From Protoeuglena noctilucae (Eukaryota): a DNA stretch of 64,000 bases. Numbering within the stretch: position 1 is the stretch's first letter; each line of letters begins with the position of its first letter. The stretch is from positions 310,001 through 374,000 of the forward strand of contig OY253675.1 of NCBI GenBank assembly GCA_958009085.1, in the 5' to 3' direction. Of this stretch, positions 40,223 to 53,590 are shown in pieces. Position numbers and translations under genes: made by a program. The notes below the pieces were generated by a model, which was not told the DNA's origin, made no database searches, and saw only the letters and a list, made by a program, of their open reading frames with translations.

Positions 40223-43200
40223 TCAGCCCCCGTCCGCGGGAGCCTCGCTCATGGCGTCCACCGTGAGCTGGATGAGTCGCAACAACGCCCTGGAGTGCCG
40301 CGTCAGCCCCTCCTGGTGCTGGGCCTGCGGGCGAGCCAACCGAACCTCACGCACTGCGATACCTCGCGCATTCCCGCGCGCAAGGCCGCGCCTCGCCGCT
40401 CACCGGCAGCTTTTCTATGTTGCTCGACATCTCCTCCACCAGCGACTTCATCCGCTGCTCCAGGATCGTCTTGAGGGCGTCCCTCTCTCGCTCCAAGGCG
40501 TCCACCCGCCCCGTCCGCTGCTGCGACCCCCGGAGCTCCTCGTTCTGCCGACGCAGCGCCTCCACCTCTGCCCGCAGCGCCCGCGTCTCCTCCTTCCCCG
40601 CCCCCGCAGCGACCCCCGCGCCCCCGTACCCTCGCGCCGTGCTCGGTGTTGCAGTGCCATTCCCGTGCGTCCCAGCGTCCTCCCCGTCCCCGTACTCCCC
40701 CTCGTCCACCTCCACCGCCCCCGGCACCACCCCCGCCGCGCGCCCCGCCGGCCGGGCCCCCGCATCTGCCTCCGGGACGGGCGCCGGCGTCGCCCCGCCC
40801 GCCTGCCCCTCCAGAAGGCGCTTCTTGGCGTTGATATAGCGTTGCGTCAGGTCGTCCAGCCGGTCCTCCAGCTCCCTCTGGTACTTATCGTACGCCTCCA
40901 GCTCCTCCTGCGGCGCAGGCATCGCGGGATCGGCTCAGATCCCGACACGCCAGTCTGGCGAGACTTCGCCAGCGAGTCAAGTCGAAGCAGTTCGGTCTCT
41001 ACGGCACGGTCCGCGGACTCACCTGCAGCGTCAGGATCTGCTCGTCGCGCTCGTTGAGGCGCGCCGTGAGCGCGATCATGATGTCGCGCTGCTTCAGCAA
41101 GAGCTGCTTGTACCGGTCGACCTGCGCCGACTCCTCCGTCTTGCCCTTCTGCCGCAGCTCGCGCTCCATCTCCTGCGTGAGTCGCGCAATCAATCCGACA
41201 GTCAGGTTGCAGAGCACCGGCGACAGCGCAGGCTCCCAGAGGACCCACGCTGTGCTCCCTTCGACATGCACGCCACTTCTGCGCAAAACCCACGCAGCAA
41301 CCTCCCTCCAAAGCCCCGCAGCGCGATGATATAACGATGGCACTCGCGCTTGGCGCCGTTATCGGCAACCATTCGCTTTCTCCCGGCCGCTCACCTTGAG
41401 CCGCTCCTCGTACTGCATGGCGATGGTCTTTCGCTCCCTCTCGATCAGCTGCTTGAACACGGCGTTGGCCTCGTTGGGCTTGCTCCCTCCGATGAGCAGC
41501 TGGCTCTGCATCCCGGCGATCCTCTCCTCGAGCCTCCGCTTCTCGGCCTTTTCGGACATGAACTGCCGCGACTGGCGGTCCAGCTCCATCACCGCCGCAA
41601 GCTTCTCCTGCTCCGCGCGCTCCTTCTCGTCCTGCGGAGGACAAAGAATACGGATAACGTTAAGTCACACATTGGAATGGGATGGAACGGAGACACTTTG
41701 CAGGCTGCAGAGCGTCCTGGTTGCGCTGCTGGTGCATGCGGGTGCACGTGCTGCTGTGTGGCGGAGGGTGCACACGGGTCTGAAACACCGCTCACGCCCG
41801 TCACTCCCCTCAAGCACCTCCCCCTCACCTGCAGCTTCATGACCTCTCGCTTCTCTAGCAGCTGCCGGGTGCGCCGGTCGAGCTCGGCCCTCAGCCGCTT
41901 CAGCTCCTTCTCGTATTTGCGCAACAGCGCCCGCTGGTCCAGATCCTCGTTGATACGGGCCTCGTTCTTGATGTTCTTGGCTCGGTTGGCGAACTTGAGC
42001 GTCGAGAGGGACTCGGCAAAGCCCTCCATGGCGGGGGAGACCATTGCCATCATCGTGGTCTTGCAGTTGCCGCCCAAGGAGTCCTCCAAGATGCGCGTGA
42101 GCTTCGAGTCTCTGCAAGGGGGGCGTAGATGGTGCAAGTACTGGTACCTCAGCACCACATTACGAGTGGGCAGGGTGACACCGCGCTTGCCGTGCCATGC
42201 ACATGTGCACAGGGCTCATGTGCTGCTCTCTGCCTATGTTGCGCACCGGTAGGGGATGTGCGTGCGACCCTTGGTGTCCGTCAGCGCCGCGATGACGTTC
42301 CCGAGGCACGACAGCGACTGGTTGATCTTCTTGGACTCCTCCAGACGCTTGCCCGTCGCCCCTGCGCGCGAGAGCACACACGGCATCGCCACAGTGCAGT
42401 GCATCCCCAGCACGTGGCTGGCTCCCGGGCAGTCAGTCATGGGCAACCATTACTGCAGAGCACCCTTTGCATCCGTGGGCCCCTCCCCAGCACCCTTGCC
42501 CCAGCGCCGCAAGCATGTCCCGCGTCGGTCATCGGCCCCAAGCGGCGAGCTCTTGGGCCCTCACTAAGGTGCTACTCATACTCTTGTGTCCCCGCCCGCC
42601 CCTCACCGGTGACGTGCACGCGCTCCGACCCCGCCAGGTCCACCAGGTTGAGTTTCCCGACCTTGACGCTCTTGGGCCGCTCCTGGGGCATCATCCGCTG
42701 CTTGAACTGCGTGAACTTGAGCTGCAGGTGCTCCTCCTCCTCCTCGTCGTCCATCGCGTTTTCCACAATGATGATGAGCACGGCGTGGGACCGGGAGGAC
42801 ACCTCGTTGAGCTTGGTGGCGCCCATGGCGCGCTGCGCGGCACCCCGCTCCATCAGCTCGTACACCTCGTTGGGCGTCCGCACGACCCACTCGGAGAGCC
42901 TGTCCACGTACACGCCGCGCTTGCGGTCCTCTCGGATGTGCAGGTTCGTGCGCTCGGGCTTCAGGAGGTCCGAGATGACCTCGTTGTAGATCTGCGGGGG
43001 CCGGGTCAGAGTCACAATGACGGACCACGCCAGCAGGGAAGGGTGCTCCCAACTATGGAAGTCTCATCATCAGACACGGAGCTGTTGAGAGTCGCCTATG
43101 CAGCACAGCAATGGCTTAGACGCGCCAGCAGCGCGCTTGCAGTTGCAACAAAGTGCTGCGCCATCATGGCATAGCATGAAGCAGAGGACTCGCCTGCAGA

Positions 43201-44402
43201 TACGACGCTCGGACAAGGAACTTGGACCGGACGGACTCGCCGTCGTTCTGGATGTAGCTGAAGATGTCCTCGATTGCACGCGGGATGATGCCCCGGTGCT
43301 CCCCGCGCATGTTCTCCCCCTCCATCGTGTACGTCTTGCCGGTCCCGGTCTGCGGGGAAGCCGTGCGAGGGCCGCACGCGGTTGCAAGACGGGCAGGCCA
43401 GGTAGGAGGCACAGGGCAACCTCAGGGTCTCGGTGCGAACGCGGTGGCAGGCTGGCAATTGGTGGCAGGCTGGCGAGGTCGTTGTGAAGCGCTTTCGGCA
43501 AATGATGCAACGGCGGCACATGGCGTGATGACCATGTTACCTGGCCATATGCGATGATGGCAGCGTTGTAGCCCTCCAGACAGGACATGACGGCGGGCCG
43601 TGCGGCCTGCGCGTACACGTCGGCCTGGGTCGACATCTGGTCGAAGACGCGGTCGAAGGCGAACGAGTACGTCGCGTACATGGACGGATCGATCCCGGAG
43701 AGCGGGTCGGTCAGAGCTGCGGGGGCGCGACGGACGCCACGTCGCACGTGCCTCCCTTCCTGGCCCCCGCGTGCGTCGCCGGCCCCGACAGCTGTGTCAG
43801 CCGCATGCTTACCGGCAAGATTCTCTGAGATGGTGATGTGCCGGGCAGGGGACGAGTCCTCGACGAGAACACAGCGCTGGAACTCGTGGTACCCGTGCAG
43901 CTCCCTCTCCAGCGGGGGGCGGACCCGGATGACGACCTGCGCGCGGGGACACGACGTCCGTGGGCTGACGACGAAGGTAGACGCCGGCTCGCCGGGCCGG
44001 CGGGACGCCCGGCAAAGGGTCGCGCGGTTGTCATGCGTTTGCATGAGCGACCGCGGGGAGCGTCCCGGGCGGCCGGCAAGCAGTTGAATGCTCCTGGTGC
44101 AGACTAGGAGTTGCACAGAAAGCGACGGCGCGGGCAGCCAGCGGGTTGGCGGCGCTTGCGCCAAACGGCGGGGGCGCCACGCTGAAAAGCGCTGTTGCCC
44201 CCCTCTGCGCGCCCACACCCCGCCTGGGCCCGCGAGCCCAATGGGCAGCGCCTCACTAACCTACTATTAGTCGGTCAGCGAGCGCGGCCGGATCCCTGAG
44301 CTCCCTGGCCCGCCCGCGGGGCCCTCCCGGACAACTCGCCTTGAAGTTGTCATTCCCCTCGCCCTCCTCGAAGAGATCCAACTCATCGGATCCCTCCGCC
44401 AT
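40223..44402 (-). CDS. N-terminal motor kinesin with a coiled-coil tail, spliced
   Basis: [20 protein letters not shown]-loop [61 protein letters not shown] and a tail containing [19 protein letters not shown]. Confidence 0.95.
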
Positions 44403-45137
44403 CCTGCTACCCTCCGGTCCGCGCGGACTGAGCCCGGACTTTCCGAGTGCCGCGCGTGCTGTCCAGGGCGCAAGCACCCGATGTGCGGCAGCTCGCGGAT
44501 TGCACTGGCAGAGGTGCGGAGCGCAGCTGGGTCTCGTTTGGCGAGAGATCTGGGGTAGGTTTGTCGAGTCAGGTCAGACCGAACGAGGGCCTCGCCATGC
44601 CGGCCATATCCTGATCGTCCCCTGCACGTTTGCCCACGAAAAATCCATCTCGTCGAGGTTCGTCTGGATTCGTGGCCTCCTTCCGCCAGGGAAACGGAGC
44701 GGCGCATCCGAGCACGTGCAACTCGACGAGTGACGTCTCGTGGACTAAAAGCGTCTGCAAGTCGACATCTTAGGTGGGTGGGGGTCGCTTCTCGGCCCGG
44801 AGCCGGGGATGGTCCCGCCCGAGCTCTCCAGCCACCGGGACGCTCCCGCGCTTCTCGCGGGAACATGTTTTGATCAGTCCTTGCTGGAGGGGCGCCGCAT
44901 AGGCCGGAGATAGGCCACGCCGCGAGGACTCGCGCACCTCGTGCCCAATCGATGCTTCGACCGCCCGCGCCCTCGGCGCCCCCGATGGCTCCTAGTATCG
45001 CTCCCAGCGAGACAGCTCTTGCTTATCTTGCGTTCAGACGTCCTCGAGAGGCGCTTCCTGCCGCGCACAGGCGACGCACCCTTCGCTGACCTTGCATCCC
45101 ACCGCCCGGTATCGGGGAAACGCCCGACCCAGCCACC

Positions 45138-48100
45138 ATGGACAACGCGTGGGTGGACTCGTACCTGGACGCCTTGGTGAGTGCCATCGCGCGCGGAGCT
45201 GACTTTCGAGAGCAGACGGGGCAGAGGGACCCTGCGTTCTTTCCTTCGCCGCTCCGGGGGACCGCTTCGCCTGCCGATGGGGTCTTGAGAACGGCGTCAC
45301 TCCGTCTCGATCCCTCCGCAGCTCTCGTACGGGCTGTCCTCCGAGCACGCGTCCGACATCCGGGACACGACGGAGGTGGACGCCGAGCGGAAGATTTTTG
45401 CCAAGTACTACGTCAACCAGCTGCTCACGAAGGGCGTGGACGAGCTCTCCGCGGCGTGGGTAAGCGCCGGATCGCTTCTTTCCGCGCGCTGCTTGGCTTG
45501 ATGCTCAGGGTCGCATGCCTCACACGCCCTGCCCTGCCCCCTCCGCCCCAGCACCGCGCGACTTCCGCGAGGAACTTAGGCGAGAAAGATGCCCGTCTCG
45601 AGTACCTGTCCTGGCGCGTGTGGAACATGAAGCGCATGCGCGACGCGGGCAAGGTCCGAAGGGTCAAGGAGTGGCGGGCCGAGCCGGCGGACCTCACGAC
45701 CGGCGCGGCGTTGGAAGTGGAAGCGGAGGATGAGGTGGAGGGCGACTCGGAGGAGGAGGAAGTCGCGCCGCTCGCGTCGCCCGCCGTGGCCGTCGAGCGC
45801 GCCCAGCGGACCGAGGTGAGTGGGGGCCGCATGAGGTGCTGGGGAGTGCGCGCGCGGTCGGGGGCCTTTTTGAGCGATGTCTTGTTGCAGTGTTGTCATC
45901 ATCGCGTCGTTTTGCACCGCAGGCGGCGCTGGCTGGCGCCCAGGTGGGCCTGTCGACGCGGAAGAGCATCAAGCGCATCGAGCGCGAGATTGCCATGGAG
46001 AGCGAGATTGGGGAGGAGGTGCAGGAGCAGGACTGGTCCGAGATGTCCGAGATGCTGTACGTAGTCATGATCTCCGCGCACGGGCTCGTCCGCGGCAACA
46101 ACATGGAGCTGGGCCGTGACCCTGACACGGGCGGGCAGGCGAGTCCTGCGCGTCGCTGCGCCGCGTCCCGCGCCGACCACGCACCCAAGTCAGGCAGTTT
46201 GTAACCTCTGCTATCGCGTAGGAAGCGTGTTAAACGAATTCGCCTCGCGGTCTGCTGCAGGTCAAGTATGTGGTGGAGCTGGCCAAGGCGCTGGCGCAGC
46301 ACCCTGCAGTGCACCGCGTGGACCTCCTGACGCGCCTCATTCAGGATCCGTCCGTGGACGCCAGCTACGGCGAGCCGGAGGAGTGCCTGTGGGCCGGGCC
46401 GGAGCCGTCGTCGGGGGCCTTCATCGTTCGTCTGCCGTTCGGTCCGACAGACAAATACCTGCGGAAGGAGCTGCTATGGCCGCACCTGCGGGAGCTTGCG
46501 GACCGCGGGGTGGCGCACGTGCAGGGGCAGCTGCAGGCGCTGAACGCGGGCGGCGCCAAGGTGCGCCTGTACGCTGTTCATGGCCACTACGCCGACGCGG
46601 CTGAGGCCGCAGCCATGCTCGCTTCGTCGCTGGGTGTCGAGATGGTCATGACGGGCCACTCGCTGGGCCGCAACAAGCTCGAGCACCTGCTCAAGGGCGG
46701 GTCGCTGTCAAGGGCGGAGATCGAGCGGACGTACAACATCACACGACGCGTCGAGGGCGAGGAGCGGGGGCTCGACCACGCGTCAGGTGAGATAGTTGAT
46801 AATATAAATTGAAGATTGATGTTGATGATATTCATGGTTTGTGGTGCAGCGATGGGTACGGGACTGGTGTAGCCAGGTCTGAACTCAACACGCTGGGTCA
46901 TGACGGTCGCAGTGGTGTTCACGAGCACGCACCAGGAGGTGGTGGACCAGTGGGGCCTCTATGACGGCTTCGATTTGAACCTGGAGCGCGCCCTGCGGAG
47001 TTTCAAGCACGGCGGGAGGCACATGCCCAAGATGGAGGTCATTCCCCCAGGTGAGACGTGCTTGTTGGTCATGTGACAAACGCTCACTTCAACTGATACC
47101 AAGGGTAAGCAGCAAATTGATGCTCGCCAACGTCGCTGTGTTCCATTAGCAGACGATAAGGTAGCTATCTGTGCCAAGAGACAGCATGCTTCTCGCCTCC
47201 TCCCATGCGCTAGCGACACCCTGCGCCCCGCACGCACCGCACACTGCACCCACCTGCATTTTGCATCGGCATCGACATCACACCCAACCATGCCACTGTG
47301 ATCATACCTCCACAGGCTTGGACTTCAGCCGCATGAATTTGAAAGACGTCCGGGACGTGCCCGACGGCGAGGACCAGATGGCCCCCGCGAGCCCAGAGAG
47401 CCCCAGGCGCCGGGCCAATGGCGAGTTCCACGTCGTCACGTCGCAGCTGGTGGTCGAGAGGGACGAGAGCCCCAGGATATGGCGCGAGATCGCGCGATTC
47501 CTGCGCAACCCCCACAAGCCGGCGGTCCTGGCCATGTCCCGGCCCGACGCCAAGAAGGTGGGTGGGTGCGGGTCTACATTTATCTGAGGTGCCCTCTCGT
47601 TCCGTCGGCTGCACAGCACGTTCTTGCACAGCACGTTTGTACTGCTGTGCCCTAGGTCGCGTGCGCCCACATGCCCTTCAAGGCCTCGCTTCTCCTTCTC
47701 ATATAACATCGTCAAGCTCGCACTGACATGCAGTTCGATGCCTTCATCATTGCCCCTTCTCACACACTTATCACACAGAACATCGCGACGCTCGTGCGTG
47801 CGTTTGGCGAGCACCCCGTGCTGCGGGAGGTGGCCAACTTGGTGCTGGTGATGGGCAACCGTGAAAACATCGAGAGCATGGCTGCTGGGTCCCAGAAGGT
47901 CCTGGATCAAGTCCTGCGGCTGATTGACGCTTACGATCTGTACGGCTCTGTCGCGTACCCCAAGCGCCACGCCAGCGATGATGTCACGGACATCTATCGC
48001 TACGCCTACCGCACCAACGGAGTCTTCGTCAACATCGCCCTGCAGGAGCCGTTTGGGCTCACCCTGGTGAGGCAGAGGACATGTGTATTATTTACAACTA

Positions 48101-51017
48101 TGCTATGCGTGTGCATTGCCGCCACCGCCACCACCGTCTCCCACACGCACAGGCAATGCTACCTCCATATGCATAGACTAAGACTAACCCATCTCCTTTC
48201 TCATCCACGCTCTCAGATCGAGGCTGCGGCACACGGCGTGCCTTTGGTGGCCACGACCCACGGTGGCCCGACCGACATCATCGCGACTTTGAAGAGCGGG
48301 TATCTGGTGGAGCCCACCGACAGCGCCGCCGTGGCCGATCACATTCTCCGCATACTCGGCAACCAGCCGCTCTGGCAGCAGCTCAGCCACAGGCGAGGGG
48401 TGGCGGAGGGGTGCAGGCGTCCATTGCAGCAATCATAGTAGTAGTACTGCCAAACGAAGACACAACAAAACAACGAACAACGCCTTTCATCCCTCTCTCG
48501 CAGTGGCCTTTCCAACATCCACCAGTACTCCTGGGAGAGTCACTGCCGCCGGTATCTCAACACCATTGAAACACGCAAGCGGCTGGCCTCCGTTCCCCTC
48601 CACAAGCGCACCTTCACGGGCTCGTGGGACGTGCCCAACCTCGTGGTGAGGGAGCGCGGTTGGGGTGTGCCAAGTATGGGTTCGGGATAACGTTACGTTA
48701 TTTTGCCAATATATGTTACTTTTTTTACTATGATACTATCATGATAGTATTTATTATAATAATATAAATAGAAAAGTGTTTTTTTAATCTTATTACCACT
48801 CTCGCATCGCCCCTCGCTTTGCAGGACCGCATGGCTGCCAAGGCCAAGGAGGCGGGCGCCACGTGGATGGGCCCCTTCAAGGCCAACACCCGCGTGCCGC
48901 CCTTAGGCGCGGACGGCATGGCCGCGTCCCCCAGCATCACCTTCGACGACTCGTTCATCAACCTCGTCAACGCGTCCGCGTCTGTGGGCGCCGGGTGAGG
49001 GGCGGGGTGTGGGTTGCGTGTCGCGGCTGTTTGGTGGGTGAGTGACAATGGTATGTAAAGCTGCCAAATGAGGCGAGTAGGGTGACCGTGGCTGCTGGCT
49101 TACTATTTATCCCTACTTCCTTACTATCACTATGCTTACTACCGCTAACCCCGCCCATTCACCCCAGGGAGGAGGAGTCCGCGAGCTTCACCTCGATCCT
49201 GGCTGTTTGCGTGGACGGCCCCGTGTCGGCACCGACAGCGTTGGATGGTCTGAAGATGGCCATCGCGTATCGGAAACTGGCCAGGCGCAAGCACCGGGTC
49301 GCCATCGTGGTGCTGGCCATGGGTGAGGATGGATGCGGATGTACTGCTATTGTATTCAGATTGATATTATATTACCTGTTGCCACCGTGGTGTGGGCATT
49401 GTTGTCTGCTTGACTATGGCTCGCATCACCTCCTATTCTTACATCTTATCAAGATCACCATCAATATAACTGTTATCATCTCTCATCACTTCCCCCAGAG
49501 GACCTCGACTCGATCAAGGCCGCCCTGTCCCACCGCGCCATCAGCCTGGCCGAGATCAACTATGTGGCGGCCAACGCGGGGGCGGAGCTGTGGGCCGTCA
49601 AAGCCGAGGCCGCGGAGCCGGACGAGGTGGCGATTGAGTCGATCGACGAGTACGACGAGCACATATTCCACCGGTGAGAGTTGTAGATGGGCAGTTTTTT
49701 TATGACTGTTGGTGAGTATTATGAGCACCGTCTTCCGCACCCTCTCTTGCACCCTCGCTCGCACTGTCACTCGCACCCTCACTTGCACCCCCACCCTCAC
49801 CCACATCCGCACCACTCCCCCACTCTCGCAGTTGGGACGCCACCACCGTCTTCCGCACCCTCATCCGCGCCTCCCAGTCCAGCCGCGGTGGTACTCTCCT
49901 GGAGCCACTGGTGCAGGACCCCGGCAAACAGTACCCCGTCCACCCCTTCCACATCATGGCGTGCGTGTCGAGCAAGGCGAGTGACCAGCCATTTGCTGCT
50001 TTGTTTCATAGCTTTGCATGTATAGTACCCGTCCTACATGTATTATGATCATATGCTATGACGAGGTCCCATCCCACCCCATTCGCTTCCCCCCACGCAG
50101 GAGGCCTCCCCGCAGACCCTGTGCGGCCAGGTGCGCCGTCGTCTTCGCCAGAATGGCATCCGGTGCCAGATGACGCTGGTGGCGGGGCCCGAGGCGCCAC
50201 ACACCACCTACGCGGGGGACCTGGTCAGCGACTCGGGTGAGTGAGATATGGGGTTGGTTACTGTTGATTACACTGGTAAGAAATATGAGAGCATGCGTGC
50301 TGTGGGGGGGACCTGGTCAGCGATCGGGTGAGTGATATATAGGGGTTGGTTACTGTTGATTACACTGGTAACATATTGTAAGAGCATGCGTGCTACGCAG
50401 GGAACCTTGCCTAATCACCACTACCACATACGCTGCAGCACGTACACCACCCCCTCTCTCTCTTCCCGCAGTGGCGTTAATCCACCTCACCCCGCTGCGC
50501 GCCTCCCGGTCCCTCGCGCTGCGCTGGCTGGCCCTGTACCTGGGCATCAGCCCCTCGCAGTGCCCGGTCATCTGTGCTGCCGCACGCACGCCCGACGGCA
50601 AGGCGTTCGCGGTGAGAGGGGCTGTGGGTGTTGTGTTGCTGATGTGCGGACGCGCATTGATGGTATATTTAACGACCAATTATGACTGGTGGCTTTTTGA
50701 TGTGGTCATTTTTTGTATTAAATGACTATGCTCTGCTTGACCGACAAATGTCGGGCGCCACATGACACATGTACCGCACCAACACCCCAACACCCGTGCC
50801 ATCATCCCTCCACCCGCAGTCCCTCAGTTCTGATACCCCCGACATCCTGGGCGGCGCTCAGCCCACGCTGATCCTCCAGGCCCCGCCAGCCGCGGCCGAT
50901 GACCCGGGCTCGGTGCTGGTGCCGACATCAGTGGTCGAGGAGTGGGGCACGCGCCTCTGCTGCGCCGCGGACCGCAGGGCGGCGGAGGAGTGGATGGCGG
51001 GGCTCAAGCTCACGTGA
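45138..51017 (+). CDS. SPS: Sucrose-phosphate synthase (GT4 domain plus C-terminal SPP-like domain), spliced
   Basis: [115 protein letters not shown] and [13 protein letters not shown]. Confidence 0.96.
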
Positions 51018-51588
51018 AGGGTGCGCGCGTCAGAGCACGAAGCTCGTTGCGCGTCGCGCAAAGCACGAAGAGCGTCGCGCGTCGTCCGATCCGAGTCCCC
51101 GTTTGTGACGTGGCGAAACGGCAGTCCAACATATGCGTTTGCAAACTGCTTTCACTGCTTTCATCATGCCGCCCTTCGCTAAGAGCTTTGTGCTGTTTAC
51201 TGCCAACTCATGGGCCCCCACAGTCCCGCCCACCGCCCCGCACTGCGTTCGCCGCCTCGCTTATGGCTGCATAGCGGCAGCTATAAGTAACTCCCTCTGT
51301 CTCCCTCCCGCTCTCCCCGCTCTGCACACTTGGCATTAGTGTGGCATCGCTGCCCCGCCTCATGCCAACCGGGGCGCGGCCACTCCTGCCACTTAGCGCC
51401 GCTGCGGGCGCCGATGCTTAGCGCCACGCACACGCTGTTTGAAACTAAACGGCTCTCGTTACTTCGCTTTGTGAAGCGCAACATTTCGGTTTCACTCATG
51501 GTGAGGTGAGGCGACCCATCAGCTGTGCTACTCGGTTCACAAACAACAGCTAATGCCACCCCACATCAAACCATACCAAAACTACTAG

Positions 51589-53024
51589 CTAGCAGCCAGG
51601 GGCCATCATGCGCTGCCGTGCTGCTCGCAGCGCCATCGCCCCCACTCCCTCTGCACCACCACCGCTCACGCCACCCCGTGACTGCCGGCCCTCGGCTGCT
51701 AACGACGCAGATAACGACGCTGCCCTTGCAACGTCCCCAGTAACCCGACCACAGCCACCGTCGCTGCAACTGGCGCCCATGGCACCTGCACCGCTACTGC
51801 CCGGCAGCTCAGGGGTCGGGTGCTCTGCAATGGGCTCACCCTGCAGACCCAGTTGATCCTGCATACTACTGTGTCTCTCTTGCAGACGCCGCCACTCCGC
51901 ATGTGCTCTCTCCAGTCGGCGTTGTGCGGCGGCCAAAGCAGGCGCCACGCCCCTCTCCTCTGCCTCAATGGCGTCCAGCTCCCTCTCGAGCTCCACGATG
52001 CGCTGCTCGACTGACGCAGGGCCACCTGCGGGCGCCAGAACACACGCCTGGGTGCCTCAGAACACGCACCCACCGCGACCTCCGCGGCAGGACTGCAGAG
52101 GCTAACACGTGCTGTGGTAGTACCATAGTACTCCACAGCCAGTGCGTGTGCATAGCAACAAATGACTCAAAGTTACTCACTTGGGACGTTCCTCGCCACG
52201 CTGTGCAGGTGAACAAACACTTGCGACAGCGTCCACCCCGTCTGCATCGCCTCCCTGGCGTAATGCGCCCGCTTGAGCCCCTTCACGGCCTCCAGCACGG
52301 CCCGCCGGCGCTGCCGCAGCTGCCCCTGTCGCGCCCGCACGCTCTCGATTGCTGCTCTTGCTACGGCCACCTCGCCCTCCGCCCGCATTTGGCGTCGCGC
52401 CCGGGTTAGTTCCCGCTCGCGAGCCCGGCGCCGGTGCTCCGTTTGAAACAGGGCCAGCCAGTGGGCGCCTGGAGCATATCTCAGGTCCTCCCCTCGCTCC
52501 CCTGGCTCCCCCGCCGCCACGCCCGACACATCCGCCGTCCCCTCACTCGCAATGCGCTCACTAGTGCCACCGCCCAGCGTGCAGAGCGCGCCCGCCGCTT
52601 CGCCTCCCTTCGCCTTCACCGCGCTCGCCCCGTCTTGTACTGGCAAGGCCTCTGAGCCACCCCTGGCCTTGGCAGCGCCGGCGCCGTCTGCTGACGACGG
52701 CTGCGCCTTGGCCACAGCGCCCGCCCTCGCCTCGCTCAGCCAGCCGGTGATGCCGTACAGAGGATCGGCGTCCACACGCGGCCCCACGCTCGTATCCAAT
52801 GATTCGGTAATGCCAAACGACAGGAGGTAGAGGCATTGCCAGAGGCGGTTGGAGAGATGGCCGGAAGAGAGCACGACCCGACGCAGGCGTTGGCACGTCC
52901 CCGCGAGGCTGGCCACGTCGGCCGGCGCGCTCGCGAAGACCGCCACGCGCGCGAGGACCTCGTCGGGCAGGTCGTCGATCCCGAGTCGCGCGCGGGAGGG
53001 CGAAGGGGCCGATTCGGCGTGCAT
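51589..53024 (-). CDS. F-box protein with a C-terminal coiled coil (resembles plant SKIP24)
   Basis: N-terminal F-box GIDDLPDEVLARVAVF..VASLAGTCQRLRRV..LWQCLY, then coiled-coil segments including SVEQRIVELERELDAI. The 3' exon structure is approximate. Confidence 0.75.
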
Positions 53025-53032
53025 GGTGGCGC

Positions 53033-53590
53033 TCACACGTCCACGTTCTTGTGCGACTTCGTGTCGTTGGTGATCTTGCCACACATCGGACAGCAGCCCT
53101 TGACAAACGCGCAGGCCGTGCAGTAGAGCGCGTCCTGATGAAGCGACTTCTTGCACGTCTGCGAGGGTTGCGAGGGGGCGAGGGGCGTGGACGACCCCTA
53201 ACCGGCCTGTAGCGACGCTGGCGGCCTCCGCGTGGCGGCATTGCGCAAAGCTCCATTCGTCCAATGCACCTGGCACTTCAGCTGCTTCTCGTACGGCTTG
53301 AACTTGGCGCGGTTCGCGAGGAGCTTGTTCTGCCCCACGCGCACCTTCCCGCTCTGCGAGCAAAGCACGCGAAGGGCTCGTAGAGGCAGAAGCGAGCTCT
53401 TCGTAATCCATGCGATGGGTTCACATTGGCTACGGCGAGGACAAACGCTGCCCCGCGGCGAGGACAGGCATCGCCCAACGGCGTTCTTCGTCCCCATCTC
53501 ACGCACCGAAAGCGTGTTTTGCGCCCCGTCCTTCCACTTGTCCGGTGCTGCAATCTTGTTCAGCTTCTTCTCGCAGCTGGCGCAGACCAT
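53033..53590 (-). CDS. CRIPT: CRIPT cysteine-rich protein, 3 exons, about 97 aa
   Basis: MVCASCEKKLNKIAAPDKWKDGAQNTLS|SGKVRVGQNKLLANRAKFKPYEKQLKCQ|TCKKSLHQDALYCTACAFVKGCCPMCGKITNDTKSHKNVDV*. Confidence 0.92.

Noticed and set aside
51443..51522. Small hairpins between SPS and the F-box gene as a ribozyme or ncRNA
   Set aside because: The stems are short and I see no hammerhead core, snoRNA boxes or SECIS geometry.
53033..53590. CRIPT as evidence for U12-type introns in this window
   Set aside because: CRIPT is a reported component of the human minor spliceosome, but I saw no RTATCCTT-type donor at any intron here.
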